Shown here piece by piece: positions 34,626-46,447 of a stretch of DNA of 64,000 bases. This DNA comes from Laetmonice hystrix (Eukaryota). A program made the position numbers and the translations under genes. A model generated the notes under the pieces. It saw nothing but the letters and a program-made list of their open reading frames with translations. It ran no database searches and was not told the origin of the DNA. The stretch lies in the NCBI GenBank assembly GCA_965235115.1, contig OZ249436.1, positions 45,634,001 through 45,698,000 on the forward strand, read 5' to 3'. Position 1 is the stretch's first letter, and each line of letters starts with the position of its first letter.

Positions 34626-36364
34626 GGAAGAAGAGGAAGAAGAGGAAGAAGAAGAAGAAGAAGAACGAGGAGAAGAAGAAGAAGAATCTGCAGGAGTTCA
34701 CAACGTGATTGTGGTACTTATTATTTCTAGCCTTTTCACAGTCATGGAGGTATGGGTGCCGCAAGGTGTCCTGAAAATATAGGCCGTGCTCTCGAGCAGA
34801 CAGGTCGTGGGTGTGCATCAAATCATTCCCAGCCCGGAGGGTACCACATACCATGGTCAGAACCCGTATCATGATCCGCCTACACCTGTACGCCGTATAC
34901 GTAGTCTCGGCAATTTCGATTCGCTTTTCTGTGCTCTATTTTAAATGAAAAATTATGAATAGCAGTCCAACCTTATGAAAAGGGATGGGTACGTTACCAA
35001 AATTAATCCAGAACCGGTCTCCCAGATTTTGGATCTAGTTTTGGTTTTGGATAGGGGGTTGGATATATTTCAAGTATTTCTGTTTCTTAAAAGGGGTTGT
35101 AAGTGCAAAATAGTGACTATAATTATTTCTGTACAATCATATTCATGATTTTAATAAGCAGGGTTACAACCATGGTGCTAGTCAGGTAGGAATTTTCTCA
35201 AATTTAGAGTCACGTTAAGCGAAGTAACAATCAAACCCCTTGGCAACCGATTTTTCTTTTTTCCCTTAGGACTTTCTGAATTGACCATGCTGAGTGAATC
35301 CCCTCTCAAGCAAATTCTTCCCCTAACCTGCCCCCTTACCAGACTCCTGGATCTGCCCCTGCATAGACTGGAAGTGGCTGAGAGTACATAAACCATCTTA
35401 TCATCAGGCGCATGGCAGCAGCTCAGTTTCATCGATTTATTGGTGACCTTCGATAAGATACGATGACCTCCAAGTCTGATATCCAGACATTCAGAGTACA
35501 GTGATAATTTCAGCAGTGACTTAAATCGATGATTAGGGATGGATACTGTACTGGAAACGACCCACATGGGGCAGGAATAAGTTTGTGTTCAGGGGCCAAG
35601 CTAACTTATGAAAATTGAGGCAATGTTCTGATTATTTCAGGGGTAGATCTTACGGCCCTGCAACGGATAAAATGTTAGTGTCTCAGGATGTTATGTCAAC
35701 TTAACAATAAACCGCGCTAAAGGAGAAACATTATCTGGGCCGAAAAAAGAAGGGGGGGGGGAGTGATACAACTAAATATAATCCTACCTATGATGAGAAT
35801 GGCGATACCGCTCGACATGGACGGATAACACTGCAGACCTAGAGGTTGCAGAAGATAAGTCCCGGCAGTCTGGGCGATAATACCATTACTTGAGGTGGCG
35901 ATGATGACCATCTGAACCCAGACACAGAGAAAGGCCGGCAGAGGTCCGAGTATGTGGAAGACATAGGCATAGTCTCCACCGGCCCTGGGTATGCCCACCC
36001 CGAGCTCGGCGTAACACAGGGCCTGAGTGAGGGCATAGATTCCCATTAAACCCCACACAAGCAAGCACCCACCCACCGACCCGATGTTGGCGTAGACACC
36101 TTTTGGAGATAAGAAGATGCCAGAGCCGATGACATTTCCAACGATGATCCCAACACTATCCACCAAGGTGATATGGCGTTTTAACCCCACAGTCGGCTCA
36201 TCCAAGTCTAAGTCCTCCCGTGTTTTTTGTCTTTGGTACAAAACAGTTTCCGAGAAAGTGCGTCTAGGATCACGGTTGATTTTTTTGGCTCCAAGTCTCT
36301 TACCTAACAAAGGTTCTCTCTCCGACGACTTCATATCCAAGCTGCGCCCTTTGCCCTTGCACAT
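25431..36364 (-). CDS. SLC7 family heteromeric amino-acid transporter light chain (LAT / b(0,+)AT / y+LAT-like), 10 exons, 541 aa. Exons 36364-35788, 31832-31707, 30756-30657, 30434-30390, 30179-30056, 29762-29656, 27620-27524, 27100-26951, 26635-26461, 25555-25431
   Basis: Motifs GLKRHITL, IVGNVIGSGIFLSPKGV, LCYAELG..IPRAGGDYAY, FAYKGW, EEMINPKRDLP, TNVAYFTVL, SCMGTINGS, LRWKRP and ITIAAQKLFLVVPE. A Cys in PLGLQCYP lies at the position of the heavy-chain disulfide. Exons sum to 1626 nt, all GT-AG, phases consistent. Confidence 0.93.
25651..26267. repeat. 57-bp minisatellite, ~11 copies, in the last SLC7 intron
   Basis: Unit cgggcttggcgctaacatcatacatccaataccagatgagcttactgagggtcagtt. Confidence 0.92.
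26720..26850 (+). mobile_element. Dispersed repeat with (taggga)n / ttaggg-like tract; a second copy lies in opposite orientation at ~54850-54980
   Basis: gttattcccccatgataacttccc...gggatagggataggatagggatat matches the reverse complement of atatccctatcctatccctatccc...gggaagttatcatgggggaataac. Confidence 0.55.
27811..29695 (-). repeat. 40-bp tandem array (~47 copies) made of the 3' end of SLC7 exon 6 plus its splice donor
   Basis: Minus-strand unit GTATGGGTACAATCAATGGTAGTTTCCTAGGGGACACGAG. The first unit is coding (MGTINGSFLGDTR) and each junction recreates (G/A)G|GTAT. Confidence 0.95.
30780..31051. mobile_element. MITE of the CAG...CTG family with 5-bp target-site duplication
   Basis: aatat|gagtggcggattcagg ... 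cctggatccgccactg|aatat. Confidence 0.65.
31141..31328. repeat. 18-bp minisatellite, ~10 copies
   Basis: Unit tgtgacggtta(c/t)agaac(g/c/a). Confidence 0.9.
31330..31584. mobile_element. Tc1/mariner-type MITE
   Basis: ta|cagggtgtccgaaaagttaatgtgcagtgg ... ccactgcacagtaacttttcggacaccctg|ta. Confidence 0.8.
33948..34686. repeat. (GAA)n-rich compound microsatellite with an internal ~210-bp duplication
   Basis: Nearly pure purine tract. The block gaggtagaagaagtagaagtag...gggaggaggag occurs twice. Confidence 0.92.
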
Positions 36365-36935
36365 TCTCTAATCTGGTCTTTCTTCTGCAGAGGTCAAAAG
36401 TACGGTAGCCCAAAAGGCAAACCATTTTGCCTATCAAATCACTACACGTATTGTGGCAATACATACCTGGGACGAGTACCATGAGGGGTGGGGTGGGGGT
36501 GTGGGGTGGGGGTGGGGTGGGGAGGGGGGTGTGGCAACTTACTGCGTGAGAGAAACCTAAGCAGACATTTACAGCTCAAACTGACTAAAAGCTAGCGTTT
36601 ATATGGAGTAAACACCTTTGGCCGTGAACATTGGAAGAATACACTGAACGGCATCGGTGCCCAAAGGTGTCAGGGCACATTCATATTATAATGACCTTTC
36701 TACCTCGTGATCATGATTTAAATACTTTCCAAAAGTCTTTACCAAAAGTAAAATGAAGCGAAAATCCTCTATAGCGAAGAATGGCTGCAGCTGATTGTAT
36801 GATAACGTATTCCTAGCGGAAATGATTAGGTTACTAGATCAGAGATTGTCAAATGGAAATAACCAATTAAATTTGATAAATTTGTAAACGCGACAGAATA
36901 TGAACTTGATTTTTTCATACGGTTGTGTAGGCTAT

Positions 36936-37032
36936 CCTCCTCCTCCTCCTCCTCCTCCTCCTCCGCCTCCTCCTCCTCCTCCTCCTCCTCCTCCCCTTCC
37001 TCCTCCTCCTCCTCCTCCTCCTCCTCCTCCTC
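36936..37032. repeat. (CCT)n microsatellite
   Basis: About 32 CCT triplets. Confidence 0.92.
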
Positions 37033-37138
37033 ATTCTTGGCTTAATCATATTATTAGGCCTATATGCGCATTCTATCTGCCAGTGCCATTCAGAGGGATG
37101 CCAGATGGTGGCCCGAATGGTCCCATACGGACTGGTTT

Positions 37139-37829
37139 CAGGCCCGTAGCCAGCTATCCAGAGGGGGTGGTTCGTTGGAGGACCAAAGGGGGACCGACAG
37201 GATGCCCGGTGTTGGCGGGCCGGAGTGGGGGCGGGAGCAGTTCAGTGGTTCAGCACTGCACGAAAGGGGAAGTGAAGATGCGCAAATATGCGCAGGGGTC
37301 TAGGGGTCCTCCCCCAGAAAATTTTTGATTTTAGAAGGCAACTCCCCTGCTATTTTCCGGCATCTGGAGATCTAAATTGTGAAGTTTCTCAAAGCATTTC
37401 GGCCTATAGCTAGATCAATAACATGTGCAGTGAGACCCCAGAAAATCTTTGAATTCAGAAGGCAAAAACAAGCTATTTCCTGGCATCTGGAGATATAATT
37501 TCTGAAGTTCCTCAAAGCATTTAGAGGTCTATGCTTAGCTTACCAATAACATGGGGGGATTCTGGGGTCCTTCCCAGAACATTTTTAAATTTAGAAGGGC
37601 TAAAAATGCTATTTCATGGCATCGGAAGATAGAAATTGTGAAGTTTGTAAGAGGGGACCATGGGTCGGGAGGGGGGTGGGTCAAGTGGACACCCTGCAGA
37701 CACGAGCTGGACCCACGATACCCCCATCTGATCACTGTCGGGGGGACCGGATTCCCCTGTCAGGGTGGACCATGGGTCCAGGGGCGTGGTTCGTTTGAAC
37801 ACCCCGAACACCCCCTGGCGACGGGCCTG
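37139..37829. mobile_element. Non-autonomous CAG...CTG element with 5-bp target-site duplication
   Basis: ggttt|caggcccgtagccag ... ctggcgacgggcctg|ggttt, with three internal ~125-bp subrepeats. Confidence 0.75.
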
Positions 37830-39599
37830 GGTTTGGTTATACACGTTTCGGGATGACTCGACGTTACATATGGGGCCCGATAGAAGCACAGGAAAATGGA
37901 TTACATATATATAAATTAAATCTCCAGCGCCAAGCGAGCAGACCATTATACGTACACACGTTTTAGTGTCACGCGGCGTTAACTATGGGGCCCACTTGCA
38001 TGACTCTTCGCTCGTTAAAATTCTCATTGAAAATACATGGGAAAATTAACGAACGGAGAGTCATGCAACACGGCACTCCACCTAAGTGCCAGTGTGCGGC
38101 TTGTAGCGGGGCGAAGGCATCTGTACACAGACATGTTGGCTATTAGCTGCATGCTGCATACTGAGATCCCAGGTGAATGGTAACTTTTTATAATATTCTC
38201 GTATAATTTGTTTGTTGAATTACTGGATAAAATAATAGATGGATGGGTTCAGGACGATCACATTCACTTCTCACAATGAGCGTGATCTAAAGATAGTAAA
38301 CATACACCGGTAAGAGCACGGAATTCTAGGGACATCAGATCTATCAGAAATATTGCATACAAATGTGATACTCCAACTACTGGAGTAGCTGCACAAAGTA
38401 TAATTAAATACTGCTTCAGTAATGAGTAATGATTCTGATTCTGATTAACATCCATTAATTAAGTTATCTGAAGGTTGGACTCATTATTCAGGAGAGTTAC
38501 ACTAAAGAATAGTTGCACGTCCCGGAGCAGGCGCAGACTGGTAACATCTATATTCACCAACTGAGACATTATTTGATTATTACAAATCCTGGACTGAACG
38601 TTCGCTTTCAGCTGCCAGAAAGATGTTAGTCTGCTTAGAGTGCTGACACGATGCGGCAGGTTATGGTAAAGCTGCTTACTACGGTGGCACAGAACTTGCG
38701 ATGAAGACAAAATATTACCTGACGAAATACGAAAAACTATATGAGAATCCAAGAAACTCAAATGAAAACGCAAGAAATATTTCCACCGCGGCGATAATCG
38801 GGACTCGTGTGACGTGTAATTGGGACACTCGTTTGACGTGTAATTTAACGAAAGTCATGACGCGCTGGCGACGATAGAGCCGCGGTGTGGCCATGATGAA
38901 AGTCACGACCCAACTTCCGGTATCTCCTCCCGCCCAAAAAAACTGTAAAAAGTCTTCGATAATATGACAATATGGGTGTGGTTGTTTTAGTGAGGGTCAG
39001 ATGAGGGCCAGTCGTTCATGTCCCTGTCCTGAGTTCAGAACTTTTGGCAGAAACACCGCCCAAATTATACCGCGAAGTTTCGAGAGCATACATGTCAACC
39101 AACACTAAATCATTTTGGAGAAAATGACTGACTACAACCTGCCCCTAAAGTCCTTTATATTTCCATACACTGGGGTCGTTAAACGGTATATATAATAGTT
39201 TTTGAATTGTTTTATGTAGACCTATAATAAATTGACATGAATTTAATGAGAGCACTGAAATGTTTAAACGTCATTGGTTTATTTTTTCTCAGACATTTAA
39301 TCCTGCCGTTAAACCATAGCCAGGAGGTTAAATACTCAAGGCAGTAATTCTGGAGCTGTCAACGTTCTATATTGCTGATATCAAAACCATAAATCATTAT
39401 TTTAAAAAGCCTTTCGGGGGTTTACTTTCAGAGCGTGTCTGTGATAAAATTCCTGAATGAGGTGCAGACTATACGACATTTTCTTTAGAACAAGAGAATG
39501 TCATCATTTGTAATGATGGCAAACACAGGCAGACACATGCAAACCGTCATTGAAGAGAAGGGTGATGATTAGCTGACGGTAATTATTTTCGTTTTTTAA

Positions 39600-40049
39600 A
39601 GGGATGGACAACCCACACGGCAAATAAGGTTTCGTAGACCAAATGAAACACCAGCATTTACCTCAGGGCAATAAATGCCACAATTACGTTGTCGGAATGA
39701 AGTAATTGTAGGCGCCCGATGTGTGACGCCGCCGCGGGTTCTGCTTGTGTGGTTCATCACAGCCGAATGCTGCACACCACGGCATATTGCGTAACATTAC
39801 GTGTTACTCTGCTCACTGACCTTGTCTACATGATGTTTGGCGTCCCAGTCTTGGTAAACGTTTGTAAACGTCCGAGGTGATGACCACACCAGCAGGTCAA
39901 GGTCAGAACCAGCGGCGTCACACATCGGGCGGTTACACGTTAATTACTTCATTCAGACAACGTAATTGTGGCATTTATGGCCGTGACGTAAATGCTGGCG
40001 TTTCATTTGGTCTACGAAACCTTATTTGCCGTGTGCGTTTTCCCTCCCT
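39600..40049. mobile_element. Fold-back MITE with ~140-bp inverted arms and TTAA flanks (Kolobok-like)
   Basis: cacacggcaaataaggtttcgtagaccaaatgaaac... is mirrored by ...gtttcatttggtctacgaaaccttatttgccgtgtg. Termini ttaa|aggg ... ccct|ttaa. Confidence 0.75.
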
Positions 40050-40541
40050 TTAATGTGGTTGCTAGAAAAAAAAAAGAGTCCTCGCCATGAGTCCTCCTGG
40101 AGATGAACGTGATGAAAGGGCCTTACAACCAGCGATTTGTTCACTTTATTTACGGCACGTACCTTGTGGAGGTTATGTTTGAATCTTAAAAACTTACCGC
40201 GGAATATAAAACAGTTCAAAGGTTAAGTTCTTTTGTGACTGTTTTAAAATATAAAAAAAAACTCTCCCCACTCGAACAACATGTAAGGAGAGGTATACCT
40301 TAGAATTGCTATTGTGAGTAACCTGGCCTTTAAGAGTGAGCCATACTGACAGACCTTTTAATTGTTTCTAGTTTTATGGTGACTAATTAAATGTCCCTGA
40401 TTTAATTTATAACGGTCAAGCGCATAGGAAATTTCCTTTAATTAAAAATTTATGCAGAACATTGTCTGAATAGAAAAGAGTCCATAGTTTCATCCAGAAC
40501 ATTTGTGACAATAATTATTGTCTCTTCACGTGCACAGTAAA

Positions 40542-40826
40542 ATTCTTCCTCTTCTTCTTCTTCTTCTTCTTCTTCTTCTTCTTCTTCTTCTTTTTCTTTT
40601 TCTTTTTCTTTTTCTTCTTCTTCTTCTTCTTCTTCTTCTTCTTCTTCTTCTTCTTCTTCTTCTTCTTCTTCTTCTTCTTCTTTTTCTTCTTCTTCTTCTT
40701 CTTCTTTTCTTCTTCTTCTTCTTCTTCTTCTTCTTCTTCTTCTTCTTCTTCTTCTTCTTTTTCTTCACGATCTTCTTCTTCTTCTTCTTCTTCTTTTTCT
40801 TCTTCACGATCTTCTTCTTTTTCTTC
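40542..40826. repeat. (CTT)n microsatellite
   Basis: Long CTT/TTC tract. Confidence 0.92.
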
Positions 40827-41572
40827 AAAACAATAACCTTATCTAAATTTGGTCACCTTTCCTCTTTGACGATTTTGATGGCAAGGTTTAAAATGTAGGC
40901 CCTTAACTCGAGCACCCATACACATCAGACACACTCTTGTAAAACAATGCTTCCCAGTCATCGATGAACCTAAGTGTACATTCATGGTATATAAGTGGAA
41001 AGATTTTCCCAATATTAAGGCGAATAATGGTTATTGCCAGTTTATTCCCTGTTTTCTAACAAACACCCCTATAGTGGCATTGTCTAACAGCATTATTTGT
41101 TTTAACAACAAGATTTCTCTTAACAATAAGTTTTCCCAAACGTAAGACCGATGACTTGTGGTAGGAAGGCCGGATGTAAGAGGGTGAATGACGAACATCT
41201 AGGATGGAATCGTGCAATGATCTATTCACTCTGTCGTATTTTAATAGAAAATACTTGCCAATCGTGTCACATTTTCGTGAATTCACGTTTCTTAAACATG
41301 TCCAGCTAGTAGATCCCATAGCAAAAACCTTCACGCAAATGTCCCAGAATGATGAATCACGAGTCTGATTATTTGTATAATATTAATATTTTGGATATTA
41401 TTTTTCCTCCAGAACGCGCCAGAAAGCCTTACGGCATGTATTATTCGGAAATGAACACATGGTAATGCATGGCTGGTGCCAGTTTATGTTTATTGATACA
41501 GTGTTTCGTCAGAAGAAATGCATACATACGTTAAAGGAAGGCACGATACTTGAATATGGCCGCAGGCATTAA

Positions 41573-41590
41573 GGTATATAGGTATAAAAC
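41573..41590 (+). promoter_or_regulatory. TATA box of secreted protein A gene
   Basis: gtatataggTATAAAAcc about 85 nt upstream of the ATG at 41670. Confidence 0.55.
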
Positions 41591-41669
41591 CAGGCCCAGC
41601 CCGGCGGCCACTGTTACTATCGATCTCTGTGCCTTGGCTGCTGCCTCCTTGAGGACTACCAGGACTAGG

Positions 41670-44349
41670 ATGACGCCTCCAGTCCTGGTCCTCTGCTTGT
41701 TCCTACTCTCCTGCTGTTACACCAACGTCCGCGCTGACTCCGAGACCGACGGCATCCAACCCAACGGTATTTTTTGATATTTTCTCACAATTTACATTAT
41801 TTAAAGCACAGTCTACGTATGTTTGGCGGTGGCTACACTGGCTAGGGGATGTTTTCTTACATGTGTATTTCTTGTTTGTTTTCTGTTATTTCTTCCTTCT
41901 CACTTACTTTTTATTCTTGTTTGTTTCTAGTCCTTGCTTGCTCCCTTGCTGGCTTGCTGGCTTGCTGGCTTGCTGGCTTGCTGGCTTGCTTCCTTCTTTT
42001 TTTCTTTGTTTCTTTTTTCCTTGTTTCTTTCAATTCTTGGTTTCTTTCTTTCCTTGTTTCTTTCTTACTTCCTTTCTGAAACCTACATTTCTACTGTGGC
42101 GACACTACCCCACCTTTAACGCTTATTAAATATTTTGTTCTTGGCTAGGAAGTTTCTGTCAACTAAAACGTTAACTTTCCCTTTTGTGTTTACAGTTTTC
42201 CTTTTAAGAGATTCCGGTTACCTTTGCGAATCATATTTTGCAAGCTATTTCCAAAAATTACATAGATAGAAATAAAAGAGTCCTAATAAATAAAAAGAAC
42301 CCTAAACATACAATTGGTAGAGTCTTATAACATGCACTCCCGTTATGAAATCAACAAATTTGACCCACATAATATCATATGGATATTATTCATGAATTAA
42401 TTTTGTTTATTCAGATTGCGCAAAATCTCTTGCGTGATAATGGTTTGCTCTCATTGCAATACTGCCTAAAATTTCAGGAAAAACACTTCTATCGAGCGAA
42501 AAACTGATTTATAAAGTTAAATTATCTTTTTTTTGGGTCCCAGATACATCTTTTAAGAATGTTTGATTGAATCTTTATTTTGATCCAACTGTTAAAGGCA
42601 ACCAACGGTTATCAAAAGACTATTTCTGATATAGCTACCTACATGTTCGCAAATTCATCTCAGACCTGACGCCAAACATGTTTGCTAGAATATCGCCTTG
42701 TAACCTGTCGTATGTGTGTTTCGGTACATCGTGAACATGATTGGTTTCTGTCTGGGGAGGTGTGCTCGCAGGGTGCGACTAAACACTAAAACCGAGCGAA
42801 TTTACCGAAAACGACCAAAACCGACCTTGGCATATCGACACTGACCTCCAGATGACAATGAGGTCGTCAGCTTCGGTCTTTTTTGGTCAGTTTCGGTCGT
42901 GTTTAGTCGGACCGGTGCTCCCAGGCATGGCGTAAAATGCGATCAACGTCCAAGCAAGAATGGCACGTTTGCTCGTCCAGTTTCGCTATTGTTACAAGTA
43001 AATCGACCTATAATGAGATAGTTCTTTGTAATATGATATATTTCTGTGCAGAAAGGACAAGTTATCTCTGGAAAATGCAATGCAATACTTTCCCTTTAAC
43101 AGCAAACATGTTCGTCCAATGTATAGGACCTACACACCTAGTAGGCCTGTCATTTCGAGCAGACCTATTCACGCAATGCAACATCTGACTAATTGAAACA
43201 ACTACTTTTCTTGCTTCAGCCAATGTTGCTTCAACAAATACAAACGCGGATAATGCCACCAACAATGCCCAGGTCATCAACAATGAGAAGAGAAACGACG
43301 ACGTGACAGCGTCCCGTACGAAACGTCACGCGCACGAGTATAACGGTCGCCCAGCGTCGTATTCGGACAAAAACTACCATCGTTCTGAAAACAAACAATA
43401 CTCGTCTACAAAGTATGAGCCGAGCCAGAGACAGTACACGTGGGTGCCAAGGTACCAACGGTCGTCGACATACGACGACAAGGAGCGATACCAGCCGGCT
43501 CAGTCAGCTAGCGCCAGAGGTCGTCCCTCGCGGGAGACGTACACGCGCAGGCGCTACCGTTCCTATGCCAACCCTTACAAAGTGTACCGTCCAGTGGCCA
43601 GGTATCTATACAGGAGACCGCCTGCTTTAAAAACTAAAATCACAACGACAGTCCAGAAGGACTCCCGAAGGGCCCTATCTTCGACCGAAGCGAATGCAAG
43701 TAAGAACAGTGTTCAAATGTCACTGTCGTATATCTGTAACACCAAGATGAAACAGGACGACAAGCATACATACAGGAAGCCACACGGTCGTAAGGCTGAA
43801 TATCCTCTTACATCGTCTTCCAACTCCAAACTGAGACAGAATGGCGTGAATGTGCACCTATATCACCATTACCTTCCGAATGGGGCCATCAGGAGCACAT
43901 ACGCTCGGAAGGTCGAGATCAAGAACAACCCCTACAGACCTGCCTTCTCTACCGAGAGTATTGGTGGAATGAACAGAATCTCCCGGGGCGCTAAAAGTCT
44001 TGGCCCCATCCTGTCAAAACGAGGCGAGCATTCACGAAGTAAGAATCGCAGCAGGTACCGACAATACAATAGCGGCAGCAGGGAATCTTATAACAGCAAA
44101 GAACGGCACACAAAGAAAAAACGCTACTACGTCAAGGACGACGACGACGATTACAGAGAGATCAGCCCTAGAGATTATGATGACGACCATGATGATAGCG
44201 ATGATGATGATGATGATGATGAGAAGGAGGTCAAGGTGTACATTCGGAGACCTCGAAGTCGTACTGAAGAGCGTACTGTACCTGGTGGCCAGCACATCGG
44301 CCCTAAAATGGACATTAGTTGTAGTGGGAACAGGCCCAATTATCTATGA
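41670..44349 (+). CDS. Uncharacterised secreted Arg/Tyr/Ser-rich proprotein A, 408 aa. Exons 41670-41766 and 43220-44349
   Basis: Exon 1 encodes a signal-peptide-like MTPPVLVLCLFLLSCCYTNVRA and ends AAC G|GTATTT (phase 1). Acceptor ttttcttgcttcag at 43219 joins in frame to a 1.1-kb non-repetitive ORF. TATAAAA at 41583 lies upstream and AATAAA at ~44874 downstream. Confidence 0.8.
41935..41991. repeat. (GCTGGCTT)n intronic repeat
   Basis: About 5-6 copies of an 8-bp unit. Confidence 0.85.
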
Positions 44350-44984
44350 GTTATTCAGAACAAAACGTACCAATCTAACGTAACATATCAACTTTAGGCT
44401 TGGTTCAGTATTTTATATATTCAGAGTAAACTCTGTCTTTATACAACACAAACGTTAATGGTCGACTTGTAAAAAGAGAGGGCGGGTTAAGCAGGTTACC
44501 TTCATGGAATGGACCGTGTAAGACAGCAGAGCTAGAAGTATCGACGACCTCTGAGACACGAAACGATTATTGGAGGTTGTTGTTTACCCACACAGCTCTG
44601 GAGCTATCGATATGTTATCCCAACCAAGGCATTACAAGGTTCAACTACCTTCTGGCAGCAAACTGAAGTAAATTTATAAGATAGAGGAAAATGTGTTCGT
44701 TTATAAATACGTCCCAAATCATGGTTTGGGTTATCGCAGAGGTTATTCAAACGATGGCGTTAAACTTCATGGTTTTGAAAAAGTTGACAGTTGCTTTCAG
44801 TTCGTATTGTAACCGAGGTACAGAATATTTAATTTAATATCAATAGTACAGAAACAAGTAGTTTAGTTTGTGAAATAAAGTGATTCACAGCAGCGTGTAC
44901 ATTGCTTTTGGCGATGATCAACTGATGATGTATAGGTCAACTGTCGTGATCAAAACGCGTCCATGCAGGACTGGGGACAAGTAA

Positions 44985-45210
44985 CTTTCCAACACATCTG
45001 TAGACAGCTGATGTCCACACCATTGACACTTTTCCAACACATCTTTAGACAGCTGATGTTCACATCACTGACACCTTTCCAACACATCTTTAGACAGTTG
45101 ATGTTCATACCATTGACACCTTTCCAACACTGCTTTAGACAGCTGATGTTCACACAATTGACACTTTTCCAACACATCTTTAGACGGTTGATGTTCACAC
45201 CATTGACACT
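44985..45210. repeat. 45-bp minisatellite, ~5 copies
   Basis: Unit tttccaacacatctttagacagctgatgttcacaccattgacac. Confidence 0.88.
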
Positions 45211-45559
45211 CTCGCTAAGGTGTGCTGTGGTACAGTTTCGTGTATTGTTAGTTAACTTGTCCCGACATTCGCTACAACATGTGTGATTACTTGTACCCCT
45301 TTAACAGATACCATATTACCCGTCCCCGATTATGTAAGAAAATAAAACTTTTATATAAGAACGAAAGCTATATGTTATATATTCACAGAGGTATGGGAAA
45401 AACCGTGAGTTTAAAAAATCTCAAGTACAAATGCGCGCACTGATATATCCGTAACGTAAAGCTGGAGTTACGCAATCACATGTAACTACTCTCAGCGGTT
45501 AGTTCAAGATAAGTGTCATAATAAAAGATCAATCCTGATTGATGTATGGGGCTGGCCTC

Positions 45560-46232
45560 TCAGTGCCACGCCAACCCTCTGGCAGGGAATTTTAGATTGA
45601 CCAAAATTCTTACAGCTTTGTAAGAATGACGTTCGAATACTTAGAATGCGCTTCGAACTCTCTTCGAATTATTCTTGCACATTCCGGGTGTATTAGTACT
45701 CGAATGCAGCTCGAATGTAGTTGGAACACAGTAGAAACATTTAGAATGCTGTTAGAATGCAGTCAGAATATTTAGAATGCACCTCGAATGCCGTACGAGT
45801 GCTGCCCAAATACCGGCCGAAGTCTGGTTGGAATTCACCTCGAATGCATTCGAGGTGCATTCCGGCTCATTCGAGGCGCATTCAGGACATTCTGGCTGGA
45901 TTTCATGTGGCTTGCCGTTTCGATTCTGCCTCGAATGCGATCAGAATGTTTCGAATGCTGTTGCAATGCCGTAAGAATATTTGGAATGCAGTCAGAGTGC
46001 ATTTAGAATACACTTCGAATGCCGTTCGATATTTTTCCACTTCGAATGCCCCTCGAAAGTTTTGAGCATGAGCAGAACATTCGGGCCGGTCACAAGAAAG
46101 AGCCTGAATATTAGGAATGCACTCAGAATGCAGTCAGAACTTTTAGAATGCACTTCGGATATCCAGAAATGTACAACGAATTTTCATTCCGACGGCATTC
46201 CAGCTACTTCCGCCTCTAGTGTGACTAGGTTT
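45560..46232. mobile_element. Probable non-autonomous DNA transposon remnant rich in (t)cgaatgc / tagaatgc subrepeats
   Basis: Dense short subrepeats in both orientations, ending in agtgtgactaggttt. The left terminus is not clearly visible. Confidence 0.4.
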
Positions 46233-46447
46233 AGGAACAACGGATCGGTTCACAGATCACAGCTAACATTTGATGGCTTTACATACTGCCGGCAACTCTT
46301 GATTATCTTCACGATGCCAACGTTTTCTTTTATTGTTTCCCTATCCTGGTCATTGACCTCTCGAACGAACCGCGTGACTTGCAATGTGGGGACTCCCCTC
46401 GCGGACAGACCGCGTCTTTGTATCCGCGTTATGTAACATGGAAGACT

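Noticed and set aside
33850..34872. Poly-Phe, poly-Arg and poly-Leu ORFs (also at 40518-40898, 54963-55469, 57913-58516)
   Set aside because: Translations of GAA/CTT/AG microsatellites.
36900..37328. Poly-proline ORF
   Set aside because: (CCT)n tract fused to a MITE.
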